From an uncultured Gammaproteobacteria bacterium (GTDB lineage Bacteria > Pseudomonadota > Gammaproteobacteria > SZUA-229): a stretch of DNA of 64,000 nucleotides. A model generated the notes under the pieces. The model was not told the origin of the DNA, did no database searches, and was given only the letters and a program-made list of their open reading frames with translations. The DNA lies in the NCBI GenBank assembly GCA_963711255.1, contig CAVQDO010000023.1:139933-203932 (forward strand). The letters run 5' to 3'. Positions 37,791 through 47,984 of this stretch are shown here, in pieces (the stretch's first letter is position 1; every line of letters begins with the position of its first letter). A program made the position numbers and the translations under genes.

Positions 37791-38864
37791 ATGAGTTTGA
37801 AAATTGCAGTCATGCCAGGCGATGGCATTGGAATAGAAATTGTTGCTGAAGCAGTGAAAATTTTAAATCACTATAAAAGCAATGGCCGTCTCGACATCGA
37901 AATGAGCGAGGCGCCGGTTGGTGGTGCGGGTTATGATGCTGCGGGTAAACCGCTGCCGGATGAAACCCTGGCACTGGCAAGATCTTCCGACGCAATTTTA
38001 TTTGGCGCTATTGGCGGTCCTGAGTATGATGGCCTGGCGCGTGAGCTTCGTCCCGAGCGAGGCCTGCTGGCTCTGCGTTCCGAGCTGGAGCTTTTTGCGA
38101 ATTTACGTCCGGCGATTTTGTATCCGCAACTGGCTGGTGCCTCCTCGTTGAAAGCAGAGGTTGTCTCTGGTCTGGATATTATGATCGTTCGTGAGTTAAC
38201 CGGCGGTATATACTTTGGTGAGCCGCGCGGTATTGAAACGGATGCCAGTGGTGAACGTAAAGGATTTAATACACTGGTGTATAAAGAAAGTGAAATTGAT
38301 CGTATCAGCCGTGTCGCTTTTGATATTGCGATGAAACGTGGCAAACGTTTATGTTCGGTCGATAAGGCAAACGTTCTGGAAGTGTCAGAACTGTGGCGTG
38401 AAGTGGTTACACGCGTTGGCGGTGAATATCCTGAAGTTGAATTAAGCCATATGTATGTTGATAACGCGGCAATGCAGCTGGTGAAATGGCCCAAGCAGTT
38501 TGACGTTATGGTGACCAAGAACATGTTTGGCGATATATTATCCGATGCGGCAGCGATGCTGACCGGGTCTATTGGTATGTTGCCATCAGCATCACTGGAT
38601 GCAAATTCAAAAGGCATGTATGAACCGATTCATGGTTCGGCGCCTGATATTGCCGGTAAAGGTGTGGCGAACCCACTGGCAACGATTTTATCAGTGGCCA
38701 TGATGCTGCGTTACAGCCTGGACCATGCAGAGCTGGCGGATGAGATTGATGCAGCCGTCGGTAAAGTTTTAGATAAAGGCCTGCGTACAGCGGATATTAT
38801 GGCCGAAGGCTGTAAGCAAGTCGGTACCGAAGAAATGGGCGAAGCGGTATTGGCTGAACTGTAA
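37791..38864 (+). CDS. leuB: 3-isopropylmalate dehydrogenase
   Basis: [26 protein letters not shown] and [10 protein letters not shown]. The track ORF starts at an upstream TTG (37743) that overlaps a TATAAT box; I prefer the ATG at 37791. Confidence 0.95.
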   Translation: MSLKIAVMPGDGIGIEIVAEAVKILNHYKSNGRLDIEMSEAPVGGAGYDAAGKPLPDETLALARSSDAILFGAIGGPEYDGLARELRPERGLLALRSELELFANLRPAILYPQLAGASSLKAEVVSGLDIMIVRELTGGIYFGEPRGIETDASGERKGFNTLVYKESEIDRISRVAFDIAMKRGKRLCSVDKANVLEVSELWREVVTRVGGEYPEVELSHMYVDNAAMQLVKWPKQFDVMVTKNMFGDILSDAAAMLTGSIGMLPSASLDANSKGMYEPIHGSAPDIAGKGVANPLATILSVAMMLRYSLDHAELADEIDAAVGKVLDKGLRTADIMAEGCKQVGTEEMGEAVLAEL

Positions 38865-38926
38865 GCACTGCAAAAGTCTGTGCCTCTGTGGTTGTATTTA
38901 TTAATATTTTTAAGTGAAATAAAGTT

Positions 38927-39949
38927 ATGAGTAAAACATACGATGTTGCAGTAGTTGGTGCCACCGGCGCTGTTGGCGAAACCATGTTATCAATACTGGC
39001 AGAGCGAAAGTTTCCTGTCGGCAAGGTTTATGCCCTGGCGAGCAGCCGTTCAGAAGGCAAGCGGGTTGAGTTCGGTGATAAAACTCTGGTGGTAGAAGAC
39101 CTGGATAAATTTGATTTTTCAAAAGCGCAAATTGGCCTGTTTTCTGCGGGCGCATCTATTTCCGAAAAGTATGCGCCTATTGCAGCAGCTGCGGGCTGTG
39201 TTGTCATTGATAATACTTCACAGTTTCGTTATGACGATGATATTCCTCTGATCGTACCGGAAGTAAACCCGCACGCAATTGCTGGCTATAAAGCGCGTGG
39301 TATCATAGCTAACCCTAACTGTTCAACCATTCAGATGCTGGTTGCGCTAAAGCCGATTTATGATGCTGTCGGTATTGAACGTATCAATGTTGCAACTTAC
39401 CAGGCTGTTTCCGGAACCGGTAAAGAAGCAATTGAAGAACTGGCAACACAGACAGTTAAACTGTTAAACGCAAAACCGATTGAATGTGAAGTTTATCCAA
39501 AACAGATCGCTTTTAATGTTTTGCCGCAAATTGATGTCTTCCTGGAAAATGGATACACCAAGGAAGAAATGAAGATGGTCTGGGAAACACGTAAGATTTT
39601 TGAGGATGACGCTATTATGGTTAATCCTACCGCTGTTCGTGTGCCCGTTTTTTACGGCCATTCAGAAGCGCTTCATATCGAAACAAAAGAAAAAATCACT
39701 GCAGAAAAGGCCACTGAATTATTATCCAGTGCACCGGGTGTTGTGGTACTGGATACGCGTGAGGATGGTGGTTATCCTACGGCGGTTACTGAAGGTGCAA
39801 ATAATGATGCATCTTACGTGGGTCGAATTCGTGAAGATATTTCGCATGAAAGAGGTCTGGATATGTGGGTGGTTGCAGACAACGTGCGTAAAGGGGCTGC
39901 ATTAAATAGCGTACAAATTGCTGAGATTTTGATAAAACAGTATTTATAA
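38927..39949 (+). CDS. asd: Aspartate-semialdehyde dehydrogenase
   Basis: 340 aa with VGATGAVG and the NPNCSTI active-site Cys. Confidence 0.95.
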   Translation: MSKTYDVAVVGATGAVGETMLSILAERKFPVGKVYALASSRSEGKRVEFGDKTLVVEDLDKFDFSKAQIGLFSAGASISEKYAPIAAAAGCVVIDNTSQFRYDDDIPLIVPEVNPHAIAGYKARGIIANPNCSTIQMLVALKPIYDAVGIERINVATYQAVSGTGKEAIEELATQTVKLLNAKPIECEVYPKQIAFNVLPQIDVFLENGYTKEEMKMVWETRKIFEDDAIMVNPTAVRVPVFYGHSEALHIETKEKITAEKATELLSSAPGVVVLDTREDGGYPTAVTEGANNDASYVGRIREDISHERGLDMWVVADNVRKGAALNSVQIAEILIKQYL

Positions 39950-40194
39950 CCTATAGTTATAACTGCACACTTAAAGTGTGTTGTTAACAATAAGAATAAG
40001 CATGACGCAGTTGTTGTTAAATTTGTTTATGACTTCGCTTTAATCGGTAGAAATATAAGGGATAAAGCGGACCCATAAAGATGTAGATATTTCTGCGTAT
40101 ATGACTGAAAAACAAGAATAAATCATGGTTAATACCTGTTGTGGATGTGTTTATACGTATACAGGTGGCAACGGGATGAATAGGGGACTCACCA

Positions 40195-43100
40195 GTGCGT
40201 AAATTGCCAGCTCGAAAACTGCTAGGGGCCGTTGTGGCCGCGGCATTATTAATACCTAGTTCAGGTTATACCCTTGGACTGGGTGAGATTGAAGTTAACT
40301 CGTCATTAAATCAGCAGCTCAATGCGGATATTGAATTATTGTCGGCATCGCCGGAAGATGCTGAAACAATTATCATTAAGCTGGCTTCACGAAAAGAATT
40401 TTTACGTGCTGGCATCGATCGACCGTACCTGCTGAATGATTTGCGTTTTAAGTCTGAAATCATTAATGGTGTCCCCTACATCAAAGTATCTTCAGCCAGT
40501 CCGATTCGTGAACCATTTTTAAATTTCCTGGTAGAAATTGACTGGCCTAATGGTCATTTATTACGCGAATACACGGTGCTGCTTGATCCGCCGGTTTTTA
40601 TGACGCAGCCTGCTGCCAGGGCGACAAGTTCTTCAGCAAATGAACAATCAGAGTCTCGGCCTTCTGCATCCGGTTCAAATAATGTTATCCCTGTTGCCGC
40701 ACCTGGTATGACGCTATCGCCGCGGCCGGCAGCGACGTCGCAATCGGCACCGGTTCGAGCAGCACCTATGCAGCCAGCGCCGGTAGCGCAGCAGCCTGTT
40801 ACCCAGTCTAACTGGATACCTGCCCCGGTTATGCAGCAGCAGGCTTCGATTAATCAACCTGCCGGAACATACAAAATTAATGAAGGCGATACTGCCTGGA
40901 GCCTTGCCGATGCAATGCGTCCGGATCAGAGTATCACTGTGCCACAAATGATGATTGCAATGCTGCGGACTAATCCGGAGTCTTTTATTGATGGCAACAT
41001 AAATGGCTTAAAGCGCGGTTATATATTACGTGTGCCGGATTATGATCAAATAAAATCAGTGAGCGCTCAGGAAGCGAATGAGCTGATGAAACAACAGGCT
41101 GCACTGTGGCGTCAGTACCAGCAATCTCAGTCTGGTGGTGAGCCTGCTTCCGCAATGGAGTCAGATGGATCACCTGCGGCTGATGCTGCTGCAAGCGGCG
41201 ACAAGGCGGTAAGAGAAGATGAAGCTTACCTTGAAATTGTCAGTGCAGGAACGGGTAGCTCGACACTGAGTGGAAAAGATCCGACACAAATGACTGCGCA
41301 GGAATTGCGCGCTGAACTGGCACTGGCGAGAGAGCGTGTTGAAACCGAGCTGGTTGAAAAAGAGGCGTTGCAGCAACGTGTAGAAATCCTTGAAAGCAAT
41401 GTCAATAAGATGAAAGGCATGCTTTCTATTGAAGATGCTGAACTGGCAGAAGTTGAATCCCTTGGGCAGCAGGAAGGGGTAATGCCTGCAGATGAACCTG
41501 TCGAGGCGATGCAGGGCGAAGCACCTGCTGAAGAAGCGGTCACGGAAGAAACTGTCACACAGGAATCTGATGAAGCTGTAGTTGAAGACGGGGCCGTAGA
41601 GGCAGAAGCGGACGGAGAAATTGATCCTGAAGCGCTCGAGTCTATGGCCGACGACGAGTTGTTAACAAAAGAAGTTGAAGCAGAAAGTACGCCAGAAAGT
41701 GCGGTCTTTACCGATGAAGTCGCTGATGCTGAATCTGCAGAAATGGCTGAGCCACTTGCCCAGGATATGCCGGCATCCGGTGATATCGTTACTGCCGAGC
41801 CTGAGGGCATTGCCAGTGAGCCGGCTGGTCCAGTAACACAATTACTCAATAACCCGATGATGCTTGCTGCCGCTGGTGGCGGCTTATTACTGCTAACTGC
41901 ATTAATCGGTCTGATTATTAAGCGCCGTAAGGCTGCCGGTGAAACGGCTGATACAGGTGTTGTTGGCGATTTCGATGATCTGGAAAGCCTCGCTGATGAT
42001 ATCGCAGGCGAAGCTGTGGATGACGCTGTTGAAGTGGAGAGTCTTGCTGGTGACAGTGACGCTGCTGCTGATTTTGATTCCGATGCGACAATGGTTCTGG
42101 ATCCAGGCGAAGACACCATTATCAGTAATGCGGAATCAATCGAAGAAGCCGAAGAAGAAGCCAGAGATGATGTCATTGCAGAGGCCGATGTCTATCTTGC
42201 TTATGGTATTTACCAGCAGGCTGAAGAATTATTAACCCAGGCTATTGAAGATAATCCGGATCGTGATGATTACCGGGTGAAACTGGCGGAAACGCATTAT
42301 GCCAGTAAAAATGCAGATGCCTTTACACAAACAGCAAATCAGCTTAAAAGCCGTGTTGAAAGTGATTCGGCAGTATGGAAGAAGGTCATGTCGATGGGGC
42401 AGGATTTATGTCCTGATATTCCAATGTTCCAGGGTGATATGGTTGGCGGTGTTGATGTTGATAACATCGCACCTGTTGCTCCAGAGATGGATTTTGACCT
42501 GGGTGTTGATGATGCGTCTGCCGATACCGGTGCGCATGACCTCGATCTGGAACTGGGTGATGAAGCGCTGGAATTACCGGAAATGGATGCTGCTACTGAA
42601 GCGCCTGACGAAGAAACTCCTGACCAGGAAACGGCCGCTGAACCTGTTGATGAACTTGAATTTGATTTAAGTGATGCCGGCGCCGTTGAAGAGCCAGCTG
42701 CTACTGAGGACGAGTTCTCTCTTGATATCGATGCTTCCGAGCTGGATATTGAAATTGAAGACGAGACCAGGCTTGATGCTACTGAAGATGAAGTGACTGA
42801 GGTTTCTGATGTCGATATTGATTTTGGTCTTGAAGACGATACTGCAGCGGAAGATACTGAAGAAGAGATTTCGCTGGATTTGACTACTCAAATGGAAGCG
42901 CTGGACCTTGATGATGGTGAAGCAGGTCTGGATTCTGCGCTTGCTGATCTGGAGCTGGATATTGAATCTGATGCAGCCACAGGGCAAGAAGCAGAAACTG
43001 AATCAGCACCCGAAGCAGAAACAATTGCCGCATCCAGCGATGACGAGGATGATGATTTTGATCTGTCCAGCCTCGATGATGTCGATGAAATTAGTACCAA

Positions 43101-43233
43101 GCTTGACCTGGCGCGTGCTTACCTTGATATGGGTGACCATGAAGGCACCAGGGGTATACTCGATGAAGTCATCGCTGAAGGCAATGATGAACAGAAGAAG
43201 GAAGCGAATGAGCTGATGGAAAAACTGGGTTAG
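40195..43233 (+). CDS. FimV/HubP-family protein (signal/anchor, LysM-like domain, TM, very acidic region, C-terminal FimV TPR-like motif)
   Basis: 1012 aa with a GTG start preceded by agggga. LysM-like YKINEGDTAWSLADAM, TM segment MMLAAAGGGLLLLTALIGLII, a long Asp/Glu-rich region, and a C-terminal ISTKLDLARAYLDMGDHEGTRGILDEVIAEG. Its position between asd and truA matches Pseudomonas fimV. Confidence 0.8.
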   Translation: MRKLPARKLLGAVVAAALLIPSSGYTLGLGEIEVNSSLNQQLNADIELLSASPEDAETIIIKLASRKEFLRAGIDRPYLLNDLRFKSEIINGVPYIKVSSASPIREPFLNFLVEIDWPNGHLLREYTVLLDPPVFMTQPAARATSSSANEQSESRPSASGSNNVIPVAAPGMTLSPRPAATSQSAPVRAAPMQPAPVAQQPVTQSNWIPAPVMQQQASINQPAGTYKINEGDTAWSLADAMRPDQSITVPQMMIAMLRTNPESFIDGNINGLKRGYILRVPDYDQIKSVSAQEANELMKQQAALWRQYQQSQSGGEPASAMESDGSPAADAAASGDKAVREDEAYLEIVSAGTGSSTLSGKDPTQMTAQELRAELALARERVETELVEKEALQQRVEILESNVNKMKGMLSIEDAELAEVESLGQQEGVMPADEPVEAMQGEAPAEEAVTEETVTQESDEAVVEDGAVEAEADGEIDPEALESMADDELLTKEVEAESTPESAVFTDEVADAESAEMAEPLAQDMPASGDIVTAEPEGIASEPAGPVTQLLNNPMMLAAAGGGLLLLTALIGLIIKRRKAAGETADTGVVGDFDDLESLADDIAGEAVDDAVEVESLAGDSDAAADFDSDATMVLDPGEDTIISNAESIEEAEEEARDDVIAEADVYLAYGIYQQAEELLTQAIEDNPDRDDYRVKLAETHYASKNADAFTQTANQLKSRVESDSAVWKKVMSMGQDLCPDIPMFQGDMVGGVDVDNIAPVAPEMDFDLGVDDASADTGAHDLDLELGDEALELPEMDAATEAPDEETPDQETAAEPVDELEFDLSDAGAVEEPAATEDEFSLDIDASELDIEIEDETRLDATEDEVTEVSDVDIDFGLEDDTAAEDTEEEISLDLTTQMEALDLDDGEAGLDSALADLELDIESDAATGQEAETESAPEAETIAASSDDEDDDFDLSSLDDVDEISTKLDLARAYLDMGDHEGTRGILDEVIAEGNDEQKKEANELMEKLG

Positions 43234-43282
43234 TTTAGACGCGGAAAGCAAAACCCTTTCGTTGAATTTCTGTAAAATAGTA

Positions 43283-43314
43283 AACGCCAGTCTGATTTCA
43301 GGCTGGCGTTTTTT
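43283..43314 (+). terminator. Rho-independent terminator after the fimV-like gene
   Basis: aacgccag (43283-43290) pairs with ctggcgtt (43303-43310). The stem extends 3 more pairs inward including one G-U, with loop gatttc and a T-run to 43314. Confidence 0.7.
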
Positions 43315-43334
43315 ATTGCAATAATGTTTTTTAT

Positions 43335-44169
43335 ATGACTACAGAAACAATCAAGCAGCAACAACCTCTTCCAGCCCCTGTATCGCAGAGAATAGCACTG
43401 GGTATTGAATACAATGGCAGTTTATTCAGTGGTTACCAGCTGCAGTCAGGAGAAACCCGTACCGTGCAGGGTGAACTGGAAAAGGCCATTTCAAAAGTAG
43501 CCAATGAAGCGGTGCGTTTAACCTGCGCCGGGCGTACTGATGCCGGTGTGCATGCTGCCGGGCAGGTGGTGCATTTTGATACCGCGGTTAAGCGCGAATT
43601 AAAAGCCTGGATGCTGGGCAGTAATACGAACCTACCGCGTGATATATCCGTTCACTGGGTGCGTGCGGTTAGTGATGATTTTAGTGCTCGCTTTAGTGCT
43701 GTCTCGCGAAGCTATCGTTATATTCTGTATAATCGCAAAGTGCGTTCGGCGATCTTTCAGCACAATGTTGCATGGTCATTTGAAGCGCTGAATGAAAAAC
43801 TAATGCATCAGGCTGCACAGTACCTGCTCGGCGAACATGATTTTTCTGCTTTTCGCTCGTCCAAATGCCAGGCTAATCATGCGATACGGGAAATGCAGAA
43901 TATTAGTGTTATGACGAAACGGCGACTATATAATGCTTGATATTAAAGGCAATGCCTTCCTGCATCACATGGTAAGAAATATCATGGGCAGCCTGCTGGT
44001 GATCGGGCGTGGTGAACAACCGGTTGAATGGATGCAGCAAATACTGCTGGGGAAAGACAGAAAACTGGCCGGAATGACAGCACAGGCCGCCGGATTGTAC
44101 CTGGTTAATGTAGAATACCCGGAACAGTTTGGTCTGCCTGCGAGCGGCAGTCTGCCTGAAATCGGTTAA
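43335..44169 (+). pseudogene. truA: tRNA pseudouridine(38-40) synthase TruA, interrupted by a single frame break
   Basis: ORF 43335-43940 (RIALGIEYNGSLFSGYQ, CAGRTDAGVHA) stops at [12 protein letters not shown]. The remainder ([26 protein letters not shown]) continues in the +1 frame to 44169. That second frame is open only from 43915, so the break lies in 43915-43937. Confidence 0.85.
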
Positions 44170-44182
44170 CAAAAGAATCTAT

Positions 44183-44809
44183 ATGCGAACACGTGTTAAA
44201 ATTTGTGGCATTACCCGTAGTGACGACGCCCAATGCTGCGTTGCCGAAGGTGCGGATGCGATTGGCCTGGTCTTTTATAAAAAAAGCCCGCGTTTTGTGA
44301 GTAATGATCTGGCGGCACAAATCAGCCGGACGATACCGGCTTTTGTTAGCAGGGTAGCCTTGTTTAAAGATGCAGATAAAGCTACAGTTCTATCAGTGTT
44401 GCAACAGGTTGAAATTGACCTGCTGCAGTTTCATGGCAGTGAAACTGCAGAATTTTGTGAACAGTTTGATCTTCCCTATATCAAAGCACTGGGTATGAAA
44501 GGCACGGAACAGGATGCCGCTTACCTGTTATCCGGTGCAAAAAACTATCGTTCTGCAAAAGCGCTATTACTGGATGGTCATGCGCCAGGTGAAGCTGGCG
44601 GAACCGGGGAGACCTTTGACTGGTCATCTATAAGTGAGATTGATAAAGCGATTATCCTGGCCGGAGGCCTGACGGTGGATAATGTGAAAAAAGCTATCGA
44701 GATAGTACGGCCTTATGCGGTAGATGTAAGCAGTGGTGTAGAAGCCGCTCCCGGAATAAAAGATAATGAAAAAGTCGCCGCCTTTATGCGGCAGGTTAAT
44801 GGCCAGTAG
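44183..44809 (+). CDS. trpF: Phosphoribosylanthranilate isomerase
   Basis: [12 protein letters not shown] start and about 208 aa. The track ORF extends upstream to 44129, overlapping truA. Confidence 0.9.
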   Translation: MRTRVKICGITRSDDAQCCVAEGADAIGLVFYKKSPRFVSNDLAAQISRTIPAFVSRVALFKDADKATVLSVLQQVEIDLLQFHGSETAEFCEQFDLPYIKALGMKGTEQDAAYLLSGAKNYRSAKALLLDGHAPGEAGGTGETFDWSSISEIDKAIILAGGLTVDNVKKAIEIVRPYAVDVSSGVEAAPGIKDNEKVAAFMRQVNGQ

Positions 44810-44829
44810 AAGACTGGCAAAAAAGTGTT

Positions 44830-46089
44830 ATGACAAAATCAAACGAAAACTTAGAACAAACATCCTCTGAAACAGCAGCCCCGGAAGCCGTTGATTACGC
44901 GGCAATGCCCGATAAACACGGCCATTTTGGGGTTTATGGCGGCATATTTGCCTCAGAAACATTAATGCAGGCGCTCGATGAGTTACGCGATGCTTACGAC
45001 AAAGTAAAAACCGATGAGAGTTTTCAGAAACAGTTTGATGCTGACCTGGCGCAGTATGTTGGTCGCCCCAGCCCATTGTATTTTGCAGAACGATTAACCC
45101 AGGAAGCGGGCGGCGCGCAGATCTTTCTCAAACGTGAAGACCTGAATCATACCGGGGCACACAAAATAAACAACACCATCGGCCAGGGTCTGCTGGCTAA
45201 AATGATGGGTAAAAAACGTATTATTGCTGAAACCGGTGCAGGCCAGCATGGCGTCGCTTCGGCAACCGTGGCGGCACGTTTTGGTATGGAATGCGTTGTT
45301 TTTATGGGCGCCGAAGACATTGTACGACAGGCGCCGAATGTTTACCGGATGAAACTGCTTGGCGCTAAAGTGGTATCCGTGGAATCCGGTTCAAAAACAT
45401 TGAAAGACGCCTTAAATGAAGCCATGCGTGACTGGGTAACGAACGTTGATGATACCTTTTACATTATTGGTACAGTCGCAGGCCCGCATCCTTATCCAGC
45501 AATGGTTCGTGATTTTCAGGCAATTATCGGCCGTGAGGCAAAAGTTCAGATGCAGGAACAATGCGGCTGCTTACCGGATGCGCTGGTTGCCTGTGTCGGT
45601 GGTGGATCGAATGCGATAGGTCTGTTTCACCCCTTTCTTGCTGATGAGTCAGTGGCTATGTACGGTGTTGAAGCGGGCGGTTCCGGTATTGAAACCGGTA
45701 ATCATGCGGCGCCGTTATGTGCCGGCAAGCCGGGTGTACTGCATGGCAATCGCACCTACTTAATGGAAGATGGTGATGGCCAGATTATAGAAACACATTC
45801 GGTATCAGCCGGACTTGATTATCCCGGTGTCGGTCCTGAACACGCCTGGTTGAAAGATATAGGTCGGGTAACCTATGTGGCCATCAATGATGATGAAGCA
45901 CTGCGCGCATTCCATACCTTAACCCGTATGGAAGGCATTATTCCTGCGCTGGAATCCAGCCATGCAATTGCATACGGCATGAAACTGGCCGCGACCATGA
46001 AACCGGAGCAGCGCATTATTATTAACCTGTCCGGACGCGGCGACAAAGATATCAATACCATTGCCAAAATAGAAGGCATAGAGCTTTAG
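44830..46089 (+). CDS. trpB: Tryptophan synthase beta chain
   Basis: PLP-Lys motif HTGAHKINN, plus GGGSNAIG and [11 protein letters not shown]. The N-terminal start is uncertain (44830 or the ATG at 44905). Confidence 0.95.
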   Translation: MTKSNENLEQTSSETAAPEAVDYAAMPDKHGHFGVYGGIFASETLMQALDELRDAYDKVKTDESFQKQFDADLAQYVGRPSPLYFAERLTQEAGGAQIFLKREDLNHTGAHKINNTIGQGLLAKMMGKKRIIAETGAGQHGVASATVAARFGMECVVFMGAEDIVRQAPNVYRMKLLGAKVVSVESGSKTLKDALNEAMRDWVTNVDDTFYIIGTVAGPHPYPAMVRDFQAIIGREAKVQMQEQCGCLPDALVACVGGGSNAIGLFHPFLADESVAMYGVEAGGSGIETGNHAAPLCAGKPGVLHGNRTYLMEDGDGQIIETHSVSAGLDYPGVGPEHAWLKDIGRVTYVAINDDEALRAFHTLTRMEGIIPALESSHAIAYGMKLAATMKPEQRIIINLSGRGDKDINTIAKIEGIEL

Positions 46090-46099
46090 TGGAGTAAAT

Positions 46100-46921
46100 G
46101 TGAGTCGATTAGCACAACGGTTTGCTGAGTTAAAAGCTCAGTCAAAAAAAGCCTTAATTCCCTACGTGATGGCGTCAGATCCATCACCGGAAATTACCCT
46201 GCCATTAATGCACGCCATGGTTGAAGCCGGCGCTGATGTGATCGAGCTGGGCGTGCCTTTCTCGGATCCAATGGCTGATGGTCCGGTGATACAGGCAGCA
46301 GCGGAACGCTCGTTGGTGCACCATACCAGTTTGCATGATGTGTTTTCACTGGTAGAAGCATTTCGTCAATCGGATGATAAAACACCGATTATTGTTATGG
46401 GGTATCTGAACCCGATTGAAGTGATGGGCTATGAAAGTTTCGCTGAGCAGGCTGCTGCGGCTGGTATTGATGGTGTGATTACGGTTGATATGCCACCGGT
46501 TGAAGCGGGCAATTATGTGCCGGCACTCAAATCACAGGGTCTTGATCCGGTATTTTTACTGGCGCCAACCAGTACCACCGAACGTATTAAAACACTGGCG
46601 AAAGTTGCCAGCGGCTTTGTTTATTATGTATCACTGAAGGGTGTTACCGGTGCTGCGACTCTGGATATTGCCAGTGTTGAGAAGAAAGTCGCTGAAATTC
46701 GCCAGTTAATTGATCTGCCAATCGGGGTTGGTTTTGGTATCAGTGATGCCCAATCGGCGGCAAAAGTTGCGCAAACAGCGGATGCTGTTGTTGTCGGTAG
46801 TGTTATTGTGAAAAAAATGACCCTGAATGACGGGAAAACCGAGCAAGATAGGGCTATAATTATCAAGGAAATCAGTGATATACTATGCACTATGCGCAGC
46901 GCCATAGATGCAAATCAGTGA
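46100..46921 (+). CDS. trpA: Tryptophan synthase alpha chain
   Basis: 273 aa with a GTG start and ELGVPFSDPMADGPVIQ. Confidence 0.94.
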   Translation: MSRLAQRFAELKAQSKKALIPYVMASDPSPEITLPLMHAMVEAGADVIELGVPFSDPMADGPVIQAAAERSLVHHTSLHDVFSLVEAFRQSDDKTPIIVMGYLNPIEVMGYESFAEQAAAAGIDGVITVDMPPVEAGNYVPALKSQGLDPVFLLAPTSTTERIKTLAKVASGFVYYVSLKGVTGAATLDIASVEKKVAEIRQLIDLPIGVGFGISDAQSAAKVAQTADAVVVGSVIVKKMTLNDGKTEQDRAIIIKEISDILCTMRSAIDANQ

Positions 46922-47022
46922 TGCTAACGTATAAAAGCTGCGTAACTATTAATTATACAAAGATTTATTCAGAGATTTATTCAGAAAATTTTTGTATACA
47001 GAACTTTTGCAGGTATCGATAA

Positions 47023-47898
47023 ATGGCTTTGAGCTGGTTTGAAAAATTAATGCCCACAAGCATTAGAACCGATAGCAGCACTAAACGCGGTGTGCCTGAA
47101 GGTTTGTGGACAAAATGTACTTCCTGTAATGCCGTGTTATACCGGGCGGAACTGGAACGTAACCTGGATGTCTGTCCGAAGTGTAATCACCATATGCGGG
47201 TGTACGGTCGCAAGCGCCTGGAAATGTTTCTTGATGATTCACCGATGGAAGAAATAGGCGCTAACCTGGCTCCGTTTGACAAGTATAAATTTAAAGACAG
47301 TAAAAAATACAAAGACCGCTTGCTGCAGGCGCAAAAAAACACCGGCGAAAAAGATGCGCTGATAGTGTTAAAAGGCAAGGTAAAAGGCGTGCCTGTTGTA
47401 GCTGCTGCATTTGATTTCCGTTTTATGGGCGGTTCAATGGGTTCAGTTGTGGGTGAGCGTTTCCTTAGAGCTGCTACCGTCGCCCTGGAAGAAAAAATCC
47501 CATTTATCTGCTTTTCTGCTTCCGGCGGTGCCCGTATGCAGGAAGCATTATTTTCATTAATGCAAATGGCCAAGACCAGTGCGGTACTGGCGAAGCTGGC
47601 GAAAAATAAAATTCCTTATATCTCTGTATTAACCGATCCCACGATGGGCGGTGTATCTGCCAGCTTTGCCATGCTGGGTGATGTTCATATTGCAGAGCCT
47701 AAAGCACTCATTGGCTTTGCCGGGCCCCGTGTTATAGAACAGACTGTGCGTGAAAAGTTACCTGAAGGTTTCCAGCGCAGTGAGTTTTTGCTGGAACATG
47801 GTGCTATCGATATGGTTGTTGATCGCCGCGACCTGCGAGACCGTATCGCCAGCCTGGTGTTAATGCTATCCAATAAACCGGCCACGCAAACTCTTTAG
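47023..47898 (+). CDS. accD: Acetyl-CoA carboxylase carboxyltransferase beta subunit
   Basis: N-terminal Cys4 zinc ribbon (CTSCNAVLY...CPKCNHH) and [12 protein letters not shown]. Confidence 0.95.
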   Translation: MALSWFEKLMPTSIRTDSSTKRGVPEGLWTKCTSCNAVLYRAELERNLDVCPKCNHHMRVYGRKRLEMFLDDSPMEEIGANLAPFDKYKFKDSKKYKDRLLQAQKNTGEKDALIVLKGKVKGVPVVAAAFDFRFMGGSMGSVVGERFLRAATVALEEKIPFICFSASGGARMQEALFSLMQMAKTSAVLAKLAKNKIPYISVLTDPTMGGVSASFAMLGDVHIAEPKALIGFAGPRVIEQTVREKLPEGFQRSEFLLEHGAIDMVVDRRDLRDRIASLVLMLSNKPATQTL

Positions 47899-47984
47899 TC
47901 ACAATAGCGCTGTTTCCCGGTTAGTGCTGCTGCGACTGCTTCGCCAGCAGTTCTGGCTTATTGCGCTAATGCTAAGTCTTACTA

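Noticed and set aside
37931-38617. 228-aa minus-strand ORF
   Set aside because: It is antisense to leuB.
41226-42176. 316-aa Ser/Ala-rich ORF on the minus strand
   Set aside because: It lies entirely antisense to the Asp/Glu/Ala-rich part of the fimV-like gene. It is a shadow ORF produced by GAn/GCn codon repeats, with no independent start context.
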